Shown: in pieces, positions 50,431 through 64,000 of the stretch
How the letters are laid out: every line of letters starts with the position of its first letter
Position numbering within the stretch: the stretch's first letter is position 1
NCBI GenBank assembly: GCA_051294375.1
Contig: JBJCIZ010000239.1
Location: forward strand, 1,382,581 to 1,446,580
Direction: 5' to 3'
From: Paraspadella gotoi
Lineage: Eukaryota > Animalia > Chaetognatha
DNA: 64,000 bases
Notes under the pieces: generated by a model
The model's input: only the letters and a program-made list of their open reading frames with translations
The model's database searches: none
What the model was told of the DNA's origin: nothing
Made by a program: the position numbers and the translations under genes

Positions 50431-50557
50431 ATACAATTCAATTCTCTCTCGCGTTAATAACGTCTCTGTCTCTATCAATTTCATAATGCAAGAGAAAGAA
50501 ACTTGGTTTCGTTCATTTTTCCCGCTTGGAGAATCGATTGCTAATATTTTTATTATA

Positions 50558-50608
<51 letters not shown>

Positions 50609-51029
50609 TTTTTTTTTCTTCTTTATTATTATTATTATTATTATTATCATTATTATTATTATTATCATCATCATCTTGGACTGTTCATTTGTTTTTAATG
50701 ACAAATTTCATTTTATGTTTGTGGGACATTCATATCACATTCAAATCACATTAATAATTTCTCTCTCCCAAAGACTTTTACATGCTTCCGTGTTTTTCCC
50801 CAAGTTCCTGTCTCCATCTGTGTCTCTGTCTCCATCTGTGTCTCTGTCTCAATTTCATTTTCTCTTTGCCCCATTTCTCGATTCCGTCTCAAGTTTCATC
50901 TCGCTCTTTCTCTCTCCGTCTCTCTCTCTATTTTTTTCTCTTTCTCTATCTCATGAAGAATGCTTCTTTTGACGCGTCTTCCATTTTCTCGTCTTCGTCG
51001 CTTTCTCTCTCTCTGTCTCTCTCTCTCAT

Positions 51030-51081
<52 letters not shown>

Positions 51082-51083
51082 TA

Positions 51084-51115
<32 letters not shown>

Positions 51116-51361
51116 GTCTCTCCCTCTCTCTTCTCTCTCTCTATTTCTCTCTCTCTGTCTCTCTTCCGCTCTCTTCTTCTCCTCCTCTCTCTCCTCTCTC
51201 GTTGCGTCCCTCCTTTCTCTTTCTCTCTGCTTCCGGTCTCTTCGCCTCTCTTCTCTCTCTCGTCTTTCTGCAGTTTAAAGCTAACAATCCTAAAGCCTCG
51301 CAACTTTTGTTTTTTCAACTTAAGATTCAAATTTCAACTGTCGTCGGTTCTCTCTCTCTCT

Positions 51362-51393
<32 letters not shown>

Positions 51394-51399
51394 TTCTCT

Positions 51400-51682
51400 C
51401 CCTCTCTCCGTCTATCTCGCCTCCTCTCTGCCTCTCTCGCGCTTCTCCTTCCTCGTCTCTCTCTACTCCATTTTCTCGGATTTTTTGGCCGCGGTCGGCA
51501 TTTCCCATCTGTATTTGTTGTACACCGCTTCATGGTTTTGAGCATCCTTCGCTTGCCGAGAAATACCATGAATGAACCCTCTCTCTCTCATTTTCTCGTC
51601 ATCGTCTCCTCTCTCTGTCATATTTTTAATTATTTATATTATGATGTATATGATGATATAATATTATTATTATTATTATATA

Positions 51683-51727
<45 letters not shown>

Positions 51728-54700
51728 ATTTATTATATATTTTTTCGAGAATTACATGTATGACCTCTTATGTATGACGAATTCTCTTTATCATATCTCT
51801 TTTTTGAATTTGCTTCTAATTTGCTCCTTAACTTTTTGATCTGAATTGTTGCTTCACGAAGCTTAATCGCTTTTCTTTTACGGAATATTTTTTTTTCCCT
51901 TTTGCATTTTTGCCATCAAACTTGCTTCATATTTCCCAATTTTTTATAATTTAGCCTCAACCTAATTTCTCCAAAAAAAACTCTTTTTTTTTTACTTTTT
52001 CATATTGTGTATTATCTTTCCTTCTGTCGTGTATTTCAGATTAATGAAAAAATCGAAAGTTTCTCTGCCAAGTGTAAAACTTGGAGTTTTTTACTAACCT
52101 TTTTCAGAATATGAATGTTCGTTAGTGATATGATGATGGATGATTGGCAATTTTTTTTTTTTTTTTTTTTGGTAATTCTAACTAAAATTTGAATTTAAAC
52201 GCCTTGCAAGTCGTGGTCAACTGTTGAGTGAAGCGAAATGCTTCCATTTGCTCGGTCCGCGCCATTAGATGTAACATTACTTGTTAGATTATTAAAAAAA
52301 ATAAAATATTATATTTTTCTTATTTTTTATTCCTGAATATTTTTTTTCTTTTTGTATATTCATTTGGAATTAAAATCCAAATCAAATCAAAAAAACGGGA
52401 CAAAGCAAAAAAGAATTTTCCCGGGGCCGAGGACGTTCATTATTAGAAATAATCGTCGTGAAATTAAATTGCTATTTTAATATATATACTACAATATGTC
52501 AATACATGGAGAAACTCTAAGTATAGTCACGCGAGTCTTTGCCCGCCGTCGTTTGTAACCAAAATCATAATAATGATAAAATAGACAAATACTTAAATTT
52601 AAGACTAAAAGGCAGCTGAAATCCAGACGAGGGAGAGGAGAGAGAGAGAGATATTTCGACTCTCATATTTTTGTTTCTTCTTTTTTTTTATTTCGTTTTT
52701 GTTTTCTGTTTTCATTTATTTCGGATTTTTTCTCTTTTTTTTTTTTATTTTTTGTTTTTTTTTTTTTTTGTTTTTCCCTGTTTTTTTGTTTCCAAGACGT
52801 GAACAGCATCGCGTAATTTGAAAATCCCCAGGGAAGAAATTTCGGATACTAAACAACGGGTCATATAGCAAGACGATGTAGAGGGGGCGAGCGTGGGGGT
52901 AAAGGATAGGGGCACAGCATAGGGAAGACTTAGGGAACGGCTCACGAGATAGGTTGGTTGGGAATAGATGGGGAAGAGATGAAGAGAAGATAGGACTGTA
53001 GTATAACTATGTAGCTAAACTAGTTCAGGATTGGGGAAAGAGAAGTGGACGGTACGATGTGAGTAAGTGGAGTTGAGAAGGGTAAGGAGTTTTTTTTCTT
53101 CGAATTTGCAAGATGGGGGGTGGGATCCGGCTAGATAAGGTAAGAAAGGTATTGCAGAGAGGGAGGGCACGATCTTTTGCCGTTTCTTTTCCAGAAGGCG
53201 CCCGATTTACAGCTTAAATTTCAGAATTTCGTTTTTTTAGATTTGAACTTTCGCAGTTACCGTTTAGGGATAAGAAATATAAGAATGCATTTTAAGTTTT
53301 GGTTTGGATTAGGAATCGAAGAATGGAATCAGAACCCGAGAAGACACCAAAATCGGATCAGCGACTGGATGATTAATCAACCGAAGGACTCGCCAATTTG
53401 GATGAATTCACCAGCGGAACGGGCCAATGAACGAAGAAGATGGGCTTCATGCCATCGGGAAATGAACTCTTGTCGATGATCTGATAAACCCGAAGAATTA
53501 CTGAACCATTGTTGTATCGATTCTATCTGTGCTCAATTTCTCATACATCTTTTTATCTTTTAGCCTGCAGAATAAAATCCACTGTGAGCAGCGGTGGATT
53601 CCAAACCAAACCACCAAAGAGACTGTGCGTGAAAAAAAGATTAAAGAATTGGTTTTAAGAAATAAATTAATAAATTAGCGATTAGAGTTTAAGTGATGAA
53701 AATTGGGGAGAAATGAGGTTAAGGATTCGAATAAATATATATATCAATATTATATATTAATATATATATATATTATATATATATATTATATTGAATAATA
53801 TCGAGATAATATATAATTATATATATATATATATCATATATAGCTTGCGGAACCTTGCGTTATGCATATCTTGTTAAGAGTGATGGAACCCGTAAACAAG
53901 CCCAAAGCATGTCCAAATAATTGTTATATTGGTTGTAACCAATTTCATATATAAGGTGATTAACGTTAAAATTAAGCACGGGGATCAAGGAACCAGAGAG
54001 AATAAGGCGCTTATGAAAATTAGTGCCGTGCGGATATTTTCGATTCGAATGGTAAAAAAATCGAACGGGTGGGAGAAAAGGTCGAAGGTGGACTTTGAAG
54101 ATTCTTTTAAGTTGTGAGATCAGAGAAAAACCCGAATGCTAAAACAACGAAAGATGATAGAAATAATCTTGAGGAACGGAACGAAAAAAAAAAAAAAATT
54201 GGCGTCGGTGAGGCGAAGATTTCACTCAGTAGAAATTGCTCAGTGTTACAAATGTCTGCGATGACTAAGCTTCCCAACGGTCTTAGATTCCAAGGAGTCG
54301 AGAGCCCCTGCCAAGCATCTCATGGGTGGAAGAAACCGGTACGTAGAATCCTCTCTCTCGGCGACGAGTTGTCAACATTCAATTGATTTGATGAAAGAAA
54401 ACGTAAATTGAGAAGGAATAAAATCGGGGGGAAAAGACGGCATTTAAAAAGGAAGGAAAGAAAGAGAGAAGAGGAAAGAAAGAAAAGAAGAAAAAAGAAA
54501 GGAAAGAAAAAGAAAGATAAGAAAGAAAAGAAAGAAAGAAAATAAAACAAACAAACAAACAAACGAAGAAACAAACAACGAAGAAAGAAGAAACAAACAA
54601 ACAAACAAACAAAGAAACGAGAAACAAACAAACGAAGAAACGAAGAAACAAACAAACAAAAGAAAGAAACAAACAAACAAAAAACAACAAACAATCAAAC

Positions 54701-54970
54701 AAAAAAGTCAATTTGAAAACAAGGCAAGCTTGCAATCTCTAGCAGCTTAAAATGTTAGCGAACAAGCTAGCAAGCTTCTAGCAACGTAAAGCTAGCCTCG
54801 CAAAGAAAATAAAAAAGAAATTAAACGATAGAGAAGTTGAAAAAAAAAGGAACTACATATTTAAGTGGAAGAAGAGACAAAAAGATGAAGAAGGAAAGAA
54901 AAGAAAGGAAATAGAGAAAAAAGAAAGGAACAAAAGCGTGACAATAAAGAAGGCGACCAGAGGAGGAGGA

Positions 54971-55012
<42 letters not shown>

Positions 55013-55754
55013 ACGACGATAACGATTATAGACGATTTGAGAAATATGATAGAAGAACGTGGAACCCGATTTTGCTTCCAGCGCGATAACGGACGTAGAC
55101 TGACGATGATTGATGACAGACGAGCGACAATGATGATATTAGTCCGCTGATAACGAAATAAAAATGTCACTAAATCGTTTGAAATCCCCGATTGAAAGAG
55201 TCGTCGACCCAAAAAATACATATTTTATATTAAAATTAACGTTATATCTATCTCCTTTTTTTTTCCCCCTTTCTCGCGCGCCCCGCCACCCACTGGAGCG
55301 CATTCGCCAGTCTGTCGGTTTTCACATCTCCATGGGCAACGTGAGAAAATGAACGAAAAAAAAGCGCCAGTGAAGCCAGGGTTGAATCTTCAGAGAAGAA
55401 GGAAAATAAGTCACGGAATAAGTTTTTAAGTGTTTGAACAGAACGTCCACTCTGAAGAGGAGGAGAGGAGGAGGAGGAGAGAGGAGGCGTTTCGTCTTGA
55501 ACAATGGTCCCAGTCGCGGAGAGAGAGAGAGAGAGATGAGACGGAGAGAAGAGACGAGAGAGAACCGCTGATGACGAGAGGAGAGAGGACGAGAAGAAGT
55601 CACTCTACTAGTAAAAATCCGCGAGCAGAGTCGCTTAGGAGAGAGAGAGGAGAGAGAAGAAGAGAGAGAGAGAGAGAGAAGAGAGAGAGACCGCAGGAGA
55701 GAGAGAGCAGAGAGAAGAGAGAGAGAGAGAGAGAAGGAATCACAGATTTTTTAC
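51400..55754 (+). other. Noisy direct duplicate of ~55780-59774 (likely assembly artefact)
   Basis: Collinear over ~4 kb. Both copies end at AATCACAGATTTTTAC-like sequence and are separated by a 25-N gap. Confidence 0.9.
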
Positions 55755-55964
55755 NNNNNNNNNNNNNNNNNNNNNNNNNTCTCTCTCTCTCCCTCTCTCC
55801 TTCTCTCCCTCTCTCTCTATCCATTTTCTCGGATTTTTTGCCCGGTCGGATTTCCATCTGTTTGATTGTAACCGCTTCATGGTTTTGACATCTTCGCTTC
55901 CGAGAATTACATGAATGACCTCTCTCTCTCATTTTCTCTCTCTCTCTCTCTCTGTCATATTTTT

Positions 55965-55991
55965 ATTATTATTATTATGATGATGATGATG

Positions 55992-56090
<99 letters not shown>
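55965..56090. repeat. (ATT)n/(ATG)n microsatellite
   Basis: Directly visible. A similar (ATT)n tract lies at 50550-50672. Confidence 0.95.
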
Positions 56091-58556
56091 TTTCCGAGAA
56101 TTACATGTATGACCTCTATGTATGACGAATTCTCTTTTATCAATATCTCTTTTTTTTATTTTGCTTTATTTGCTCCTTACTTTTTGATCTGAATTGTTGC
56201 TTCACGAAGCTTAATCGCTTTTCTTTTCTGATATTTTTTTTTCCTTTTGCATTTTGCATCAACTTGCTTTCATATTTCCAATTTTTTTATAATTTAGCCT
56301 CAACTAATTTCTCAAAAAACTCTTTTTTTTTTTACTTTTTCATATTGTGTATTATCTCTTCTTTCGTTGTATTTTCAGATTTAGTGAAAAAATCGAAAGT
56401 TTCTGCCAATAAAAACTTGAGTTTTTTTTACTACTTTTTCATAATATATTATTTTTCTTAAATTAAGATTACAATTTTTTTTTTTTTTTTTTTTTTTTGT
56501 AATCTAACTAAATTTGAATTAAACGCCTTGCAATCGGTGGTCAACTTTTGAGTGAGCGAAGCTTCCATGGTTTGTCTCTCGCGCCATTAGATGTAAATTA
56601 CTTTGTTAATTATTAAAAAAATAAAAATATTATATTATTCTTTTATTTTTTTATTCCTGAATATTTTTTTCTTTTTTATATTCATTTGAGATTAAATCAA
56701 ATCAAATCAAAAAACGGGACAAAGGAAGAAAAGAATTTCCGGCCGGAGGGACGTCATTATTTAGGAATAATTCGTGTGAATTAAATTTGCTATTTTAATT
56801 ATATATACATATGTCATATTACATGGAGAAACTTAAGTTAGTCAACGGAGTCTTTGCCCGCGTCGTTTGTAACCAAAAATATAATATGATAATTGATAAA
56901 ATGAAATACTAAATATAATAAGATAAAAGCAGCTAAATCCAGAGAGAGAGAGAGATATTCGACTCTCATATTTTTGTTTCTTCTTTTTTTTTATTCGTTT
57001 TTGTTTTTCTGTTTTCTTTATTTCGATTTTTTTTCTTTTTTTTTTTTTTGTTTTTTTTTTTTTTTTTTTGTTTTTCCTCTGTTTTTTTGTTTCAAGACGT
57101 AACAGCATCGCGTATTTGAAAAATCCCCATGGGAAGAAATTTCGGATACTAACAACGCTATAGCAAGCGGTAGAGGGGAGCGGGGGTAAAGGATAGGGGC
57201 ACAGCATAGGGAAGACTTAGGGAACGGCTCACGAGATAGGTTGGGTTGGGAAAGATAGGGGAGAGATGGAAAGATAGGTATAGTAGTATATATAGTAGTA
57301 ACGTAGTATGGATTGGGGGAAAGAGAGTGAGTGAGTGAGTTAGTGAGTTGAGAAGGGTAAGAGTTTTTTTTTCGAATTTGAAGATGGGGTGGGATCGGTA
57401 GATTAAGGTAAGGTAAAAGTAAGGAGAGGGAGGATTGGATCTTTGGCCGTCTTTTCCAGAAGCGCCCGATTACAGCTTAAATTCAGAATTTTTTTAGATT
57501 TGAACTTTCGGTTACCGTTTAGGGATAAGAAATATAAGATATGATTTAAGTTTTGGTTGTGGATTAGGACATCGAAGATGGAATCAGAACCAGAAACAAA
57601 ATCGGATCAGCGACTGGGATGAAATCAACCAAGGACTCGCCAATTGGATGAATCACCATCGAAACGGGCCAATGAGAAGAGGGGCTTCATGCCATCGGGA
57701 AATGAACTCTTGTCGATGATCTGATTAACCTGTATAAATACTGACCATTTTTGTATCGATTCTATCTATCTCAATTTCTCATAACATCTTGCTTATCTTT
57801 TATCTGAGAATAAAATCCACTTTGGTGGCAGCGGTGGGATTCAAACCCAAACCACCAAAGAGACTGGTGAAAAGAAAAGATTAAAGAATTGGGTTTAAGA
57901 AATAAATAATAAATTAGCGATTAGAGTTAGTGATTAAAGATTAGGGTGAGGAAATGAGGTTAAGGATTCGAATAAATATATATATATTTATATATATAGC
58001 TTGCAGGGACCTGCTATATCATTATCTTGTAAGAGTGATGGAACCCTTAAACAACCAAAGCATGTCCAAATAATTTTTATATTGGTTGTACCAATTTCAT
58101 ATATAAGTTGATAAGTTAAAATTAAGCACGGGGAATCAAGGAAAAGAAATAAGGCGCTTTATGAAAATAGTGCCGTGTGGATATTTTCGAGTCGAATGGA
58201 AAAATCACGGGTGGGAGAAAAGGTCAAGTGAAGACTTTGAAGATTCTTTAGAGTTTGAGATCAGAGAAAAACCCGAATCTTTTTGGATGAAAATCGAAAA
58301 AACGAAAGATGACAGAAAAATCTTGAGAGCGAGACGAAAAAAAAAAATGGCGTCGGTGAGGCGAAGATTTCATCATAGAAATTGGGTGAGATGTTGGATG
58401 ACAAGCTTTCCAAGCTTATTGGCAAGCAGAGAAGGGAAACGGTGGAGAGAAACGGTACGTAGAATCCTTTTTTGGCGACGAGAAAATGTTGAAAGAAAAC
58501 GAATTGAGAAGGAAAGAAATCGTGGGAAATACGAAAAGAAGGAAGGAAAGAAAGAG

Positions 58557-58587
<31 letters not shown>

Positions 58588-59551
58588 AAAAAAGAAAGAA
58601 AGAAAGAAAGAAAGAAAGAACAAAAAACAAACAAACAAACAAACGAAGAAACAAACAAACGAAGAAACGAAGAAACAAACAAACAAACAAACAAAGAAAC
58701 GAAGAAACAAACAAACGAAGAAACGAAGAAACAAACAAACAAAAAAACAAACAAACAATCAAACAAACAAACAAACAATCAAACAAAAAAGTCAATGAAA
58801 CAAGCAAGCTTGCAATCTAGCCAGCTAAAAAGTTAGCGAACAAGCTAGCAAGCTTGCTAGCAAGTAAGCTAGCTCGCAAGAAAATAAAAAAAGAAATTAA
58901 ACGATAGAGAAGTGAAAAAAAAAGGATACTACATATTAAGTGGAAGAAGAGAAAAAAGAGAAGAAGGAAAGAAAAGAAGGAAATTAGAGAAAAGAAAGGA
59001 AAGGAACAAAAGCGCGACCAATAAAGAAGGCGACCAGAGGAGGAGGAGGAGGAGGAGGAGGACGACGACGACGACGATAACGATTATAGACGATGAAATA
59101 TGATGAGAAGAACGTGGAACGATTTTTGCTTCCAGCGACGATAACGACGTAGATGACGACGATGATGACGACGACGACAATGATGATATTAGTCGATAAC
59201 GAAAATAAAAATGTCACTAATCGTTTGAAATCGCGATAAAAGAGGTGACAAAAAATACATATTTTATATTAATAATTGACGTTATTATTATCTCTTTTTT
59301 TTTCCCCCTTTATTTCTCGCGCCCCCGCACCATGGAGCGCCATCGCCAGTCTGTCCAGGTTTTCACATCTCCATGGCAACCGTGAGAAAGAGTGACGAAA
59401 AAAAAAGCGCAGTGAAGCCAGGTGATCTTCAGAGAAGAAGGAAAATAAGTAGGAATAAGAATTTTTAAGTGTTGGAACAGAACGTCACGTCTGGGAAGGA
59501 GGCAGGAGGAGGAGAGAGGAGGCGGTTTCGTCTTGAACAAGGTCCCAGATC

Positions 59552-59552
<1 letters not shown>

Positions 59553-59623
<71 letters not shown>

Positions 59624-59656
59624 CTCTCTAGTAAAAATCCCCGAGAATCGCTAGAG

Positions 59657-59727
<71 letters not shown>

Positions 59728-59757
59728 AGAGAGAGAAGAGAGAGAGAGAGGAGAAGG
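59553..59757. repeat. (AG)n microsatellites (one of many in the window)
   Basis: Directly visible. Confidence 0.95.
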
Positions 59758-60147
59758 GAATCACAGATTTTTACTGAATCCGTCGAGATTCGACGCGCGC
59801 GCGAGAGAGCGTAGACGCGATTCGGTTGTATACGGAAACTTCTTCGCTCCGACCCGTATGTAAACGGAAGAAGAACGAGTTTTCCCCCCCCCCGGCTTCC
59901 GCTCGATTCGAGTAATATCCAGTGAGGAAAAAGAAATCAATTTCGATACCAAAAGGGAAAAAAAATACTTGTTTTCTTTTTTCGTTCTTATGTTTCAGCT
60001 TTCATGGGGGAAGGGGATAGGAAGGGGAGGTAAAGGGGTCTGGAAGGCCCCAAGAGGGGGGCGGGAATCCCAGTGAATCTTTCTCTCGTTCCTTCTTTCT
60101 ATCTCTCTCTCTCTCTCTTCCCAGTGTTCTCGTTTCGTTCTAGCATC

Positions 60148-60232
60148 CTGATTGGTCCAGAGGCTCGAGGCGATGAGGACGATCGACCAATCAGAGACCT
60201 AGGTTTCCGGCGCCTCGAGTGATACGTGAGTT
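60148..60232. promoter_or_regulatory. Putative Pol II promoter with two inverted CCAAT (NF-Y) boxes
   Basis: CTGATTGGTC (60148-60157) and GACCAATCAG (60185-60194) are perfect reverse complements. An ETS-like TTTCCGG lies at ~60204 in CpG-containing context. Confidence 0.4.
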
Positions 60233-61591
60233 GTGAGATTCGAAGGGTGACGCCGCGCGTGGGAGTCAACGAGAGAGTGAAAGGGGAGTGAGACGTGACG
60301 ATTTTTGTGACTCTCGTGATTTTGACGAAGTGTGACTCGATTTTCGTGAAAGGAGAGAAGATGAGAGCGTGAAAGAATTAAGGTTTTAAAAGAAGGAAGG
60401 GAAAAATAAGTTTAATAATTTATTATTTTTTTTTTATTTAAAATGTTGTACGCTACGTCACAGAAAACCATGGAATTAAATACTAAATAATACTGAAGAG
60501 GAAAAAAGTATATAACATTTTTAATAAAGGATATCTATTCGAAAACTTTAAAAAATCAGAATGTTTTCGGATTTACATTGAATTTCTTTTCAGTAGCTTC
60601 CTTTCATTTTTTTTGTAGGTCAAATCGTTTAGAAGTTACAGGCCAAAAAATATTGTTACTTCAAATAGAAAATGGCGAAAAAATTATATTATATTATTTT
60701 TAGTATTTAGTTATTTGTTTTTATTTCGAATAGAGTTGATTTTTTTTTTTTTAAATTTTGCACCTTTTTTTGGTTCAAACAAGTGCTATTATACCTTTTA
60801 GAAAAGAGGGAATGCAACATCAACATCGGGTTTGAAAAGATTTGCGTTAAAGATGTGGAAAAACATTTCTCTGTCATACCTCAATTTGCTGTATGTAGAG
60901 CAATCCCAGACGAATGCAGGCAGTAGTCGATGCCGAGGAAGGGCATACCAAATATTGAAAATGTTTTGCCTATGTTTTGTATACTTTTTATTGAATAAAT
61001 GAATTGTGTTATATACTTTTTTTTCTCGATAGTACATACACAATAACCTAATTTAGCACACGACTGATTTTGTCTCGTCATTATTTTTTTTTTTCATTAT
61101 TACTGGTATAACACGAATATGTATTATTTACTGTATGCATAACACTTGAAAAAAGTGACAAATCATTTTGAACTCTAGCACAAGAGTCGTGGAGCGAACG
61201 AGCGAATAAATCACGTCTTATGTTTTTATTAATTCCGGTTTTTGTTTTGTTTTGTTTTGTTTTTTGTTCTCTTTCGTCGTTGAATTCCTTTTGATCGGGA
61301 TCAAAACAAAATTTTCACGCGGACCCTTTGCTAATGAAAATGAAAATTAAACAGATTAAAATTATATTAAAATGATTTTTATAATTAGACGATTGAACTT
61401 TTCAGAAAAAGGGAATGAATGACGAAATTCAGTGTTTTTAGTAATAATATTCTAATTTACATATTGCAGTATTTAGTTTTTAAACGAATTTGATTTTTTT
61501 TTCTGAATGTAGGATTTGACAACCGTTGGCCTAATAATTTGACCAAAAGTTGACTTTTTTTTTAAATTTTTCTTTTTACTTCATTTTAAAG

Positions 61592-61661
61592 GAATGAATG
61601 AATGAATGAATGAATGAATGAATGAATGAATGAATGAATGAATGAATGAATGAATGAATGA
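61592..61661. repeat. (GAAT)n microsatellite
   Basis: Directly visible, about 17 units. Confidence 0.95.
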
Positions 61662-61777
61662 TTGAATTAATAGGTCGCCCCTCCCGTCGCCGATCAGTCT
61701 TGACGTCGCCTGAGGCCCAAAGATAACCAGTTACAAGTGAAGATCGCAATTAACTAAGAAAAATAAAAAGGGAGGAC

Positions 61778-61820
<43 letters not shown>

Positions 61821-62079
61821 CGGACAGACAGAACGACAGAAAGACACAGAGAGATAGACAAACGGAACTAGACAACAACTATTTAATTATAAAATGTCAA
61901 AAAGAACGAGGTTCTTTGTATTTGTACATAAAGTACATTGTAATTTGTACAGAAAGATAAACCAACATCAAAACAGGCAGCCAGACGGACGGACGGACGG
62001 ACAGACGGCCGGGCGGACAGAGCGCCTCAGGCTCGTTCGAAAAACCGTTCCACTTTGAACGACTTCAAGAAAACCGGTT

Positions 62080-62134
62080 TTAACGAAATTCTCTTCTTTA
62101 ACGAAATTCTCTTCTTTAACGAAATTCTCTTCTT
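62080..62134. repeat. 18-bp tandem repeat TTAACGAAATTCTCTTCT x3
   Basis: Directly visible. Confidence 0.9.
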
Positions 62135-63485
62135 CGCTCTTAAATTTTTTTTTTCTTTTTCTTTTCGTCCCGAGAATTTTACGAAATTTTGTTGGTTTTT
62201 TTTTTTTTTTACTCTATTTTCTATTTCGTCAATTATTAACTTTAATTCTTCCGGATTTTTCTTTTTTACGTCCAAGAACCGAAAATTTTTCAACTCAATT
62301 TTCAATTTTCAATTCTAAAAAAAAGGTTTCTTTACCCAACGCGGCGTAACCCTTTGTCGACTTTTGGAACAGAAAGAAACCCATTCGTGAAACTCATCAC
62401 ATTTTATAAAAAAGACCTTGGGGAGTTCCCTTGGCTCATTTTTTTTTAAATCAAGATTGAATCTAGAAGTTTCTTCATTGTAAAATGTTTAATCGAAACC
62501 ATTCGTCGACGAAATTAATAATACTTTATCGTTTCAAAAATGTGAATCTAGATTTTCTTTGCTATTTTGTTTTGTGATACGATAAAGATTGAAGAATGGC
62601 AGCGATAAAAGACAACGACTCGAACGATTCACAAAATGCAGAAACTAATCGATTTATGACCTAACCCCTAACCAACCCCTGACCAACCCCCTGAAATAAA
62701 CGAATGCCCTAACCATACTGACTAACGCTAACGCACCCTGACTAGACCCTAACACCCTGAACCCGAAGCCCCATAACCACCCTATGACCTTAACACCTAA
62801 CCAACCCCTAACCATCCAACCGTCAAACCTTTGCAGCCAAAACAAAACCCGACCGTCCGGTCAATTGACCGACCGACCAAAAATAAACTTGAATCAAAGA
62901 CACGGAACAAATTTTCTTGTTTTTTTCGGTTTCACGCGAGTAATTTCCTTTTTCGCATCGCATGTCTCTTTTCTTTTGCTTGTCTTTTGTTTGTTTTTTC
63001 GTTTTCTATCGCTTGTCTTTTCGTTTTCTATCGCTTGTCTTTTCGTTTTCTTTTGTTTGTCTTTTCGTTTTTTTTTTGCTTGTCTTTTCGTTTTCTTTCG
63101 CTTGTCTTTCTATTTCCTCTTTCTTTCTTTTCTAAGTTGGTTTTTTGGTTGCGTCCTTTTCTGAATGCAGTGTAAAGTTCCTCTTTGGTCCATATCATTC
63201 ATACAAATTAAGGTGCTTTTATCGTTTTTTTTATTATAATATAAATCATTTAAAACCTAATTCATATTTAAAATTTCAATAGGAATTTCACTTTGAATTT
63301 AAACAAAAAAGTTTAAATTTAAAATAAAATGAAAATGAAAATAAAAAACCACGCCTAAATCACATACAACTGATTTATCTATACATAAGTTTAATAATTT
63401 AAAATCTACTGGCGTTTTGTGTTTTTTTATATATTTTTTTTTTATTTTTTTTTTTTGTTAAAGATTTTGTTTTCGATTTATTATT

Positions 63486-63577
63486 CTTAGATCAGACATA
63501 CTTAGATCAGACATACTTACATCAGACTTACTTAGATCAGACATACTTAGATCAGACGTACTTAGATCAGACATACT
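63486..63577. repeat. 15-bp tandem repeat CTTAGATCAGACATA x6
   Basis: Six contiguous units, two of them variant. Confidence 0.95.
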
Positions 63578-64000
63578 CCTTAAATCCGTTAAAATCACCA
63601 CCGAATTTCCTATCTACTTTTCCATGTCATTTTTAAGAATGAAACAATTTTTAAAATCCTTTGATCGATTTTTGGACTCCCGATTTCTTAATTCCAGAAA
63701 TCTTCCACTTTTCAGATTTTCAGTTCCTCTATCTCTCTCTGTCTCTTTCTCTCTCTCTCGCGACAACGAAAACCCCGGGATTTTTTTCTTTTTTCCAATT
63801 TTCTTTTGAAACCAGAAAATCGCGTTTTTTAGCTTTTGTTTTTTTTTTACTTGAAATTTAATTCGATTCTATTTTCCAACTTTTTTGACGCCAAGAGGAC
63901 GTTGTTGTTGTTGTTGTTGCTGTTGTTGTTGTTGTCGTCGTTGTAGATTTAGATGGAATTGTCTTATACTAGTTTTTATTGCAGGATTTATTGTACATTG

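Noticed and set aside
50066-51777. 210-331 aa ORFs and the KQTN/FVCL-repeat ORFs at 54320-54735 and 58161-58836
   Set aside because: Translations of (CT)n, (ATT)n and (AAAC/AAAG)n microsatellites.
60798-61081. Short ORFs in a complex AT-rich island
   Set aside because: No recognisable domain, transposase motif or terminal repeats.
62655-62820. CCCTAA-like tract as a telomere (also (TTTGGG)n at 12105-12205 and TTAGGG variants at 27620-27690)
   Set aside because: Short, highly degenerate and internal, with ordinary sequence on both sides.

Overview
Eukaryotic (almost certainly animal) draft-assembly window. It is dominated by simple repeats, N gaps and noisy duplicated segments; no prokaryotic operons or CRISPR arrays are present. 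Real features: (1) the first two coding exons of a conventional protein kinase C gene on the minus strand (ATG at 24805; pseudosubstrate and start of C1A at 14764-14875, second noisy copy at 20250-20377), which the ORF track shows only as fragments; (2) an intact tRNA-Asp(GTC) in PKC intron 1; (3) a 5'-truncated, frameshifted BEL/Pao LTR-retrotransposon pol region (~42706-46998, minus); (4) a 12-copy ~515-bp hierarchical satellite (29750-35932); (5) several copies of a Helentron/HINE(DINE-1)-like non-autonomous element, plus minisatellites and promoter-like motifs. Roughly 18 kb consists of indel-ridden second or third copies, mostly next to gaps of exactly 25 N, best explained as long-read gap-filling artefacts. 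I found no convincing previously undescribed system. The best leads are an apparently polymorphic Pao insertion whose empty-site version appears inverted 6-11 kb away, and tandem in-frame splice donors embedded in a G-quadruplex motif at PKC exon 1.
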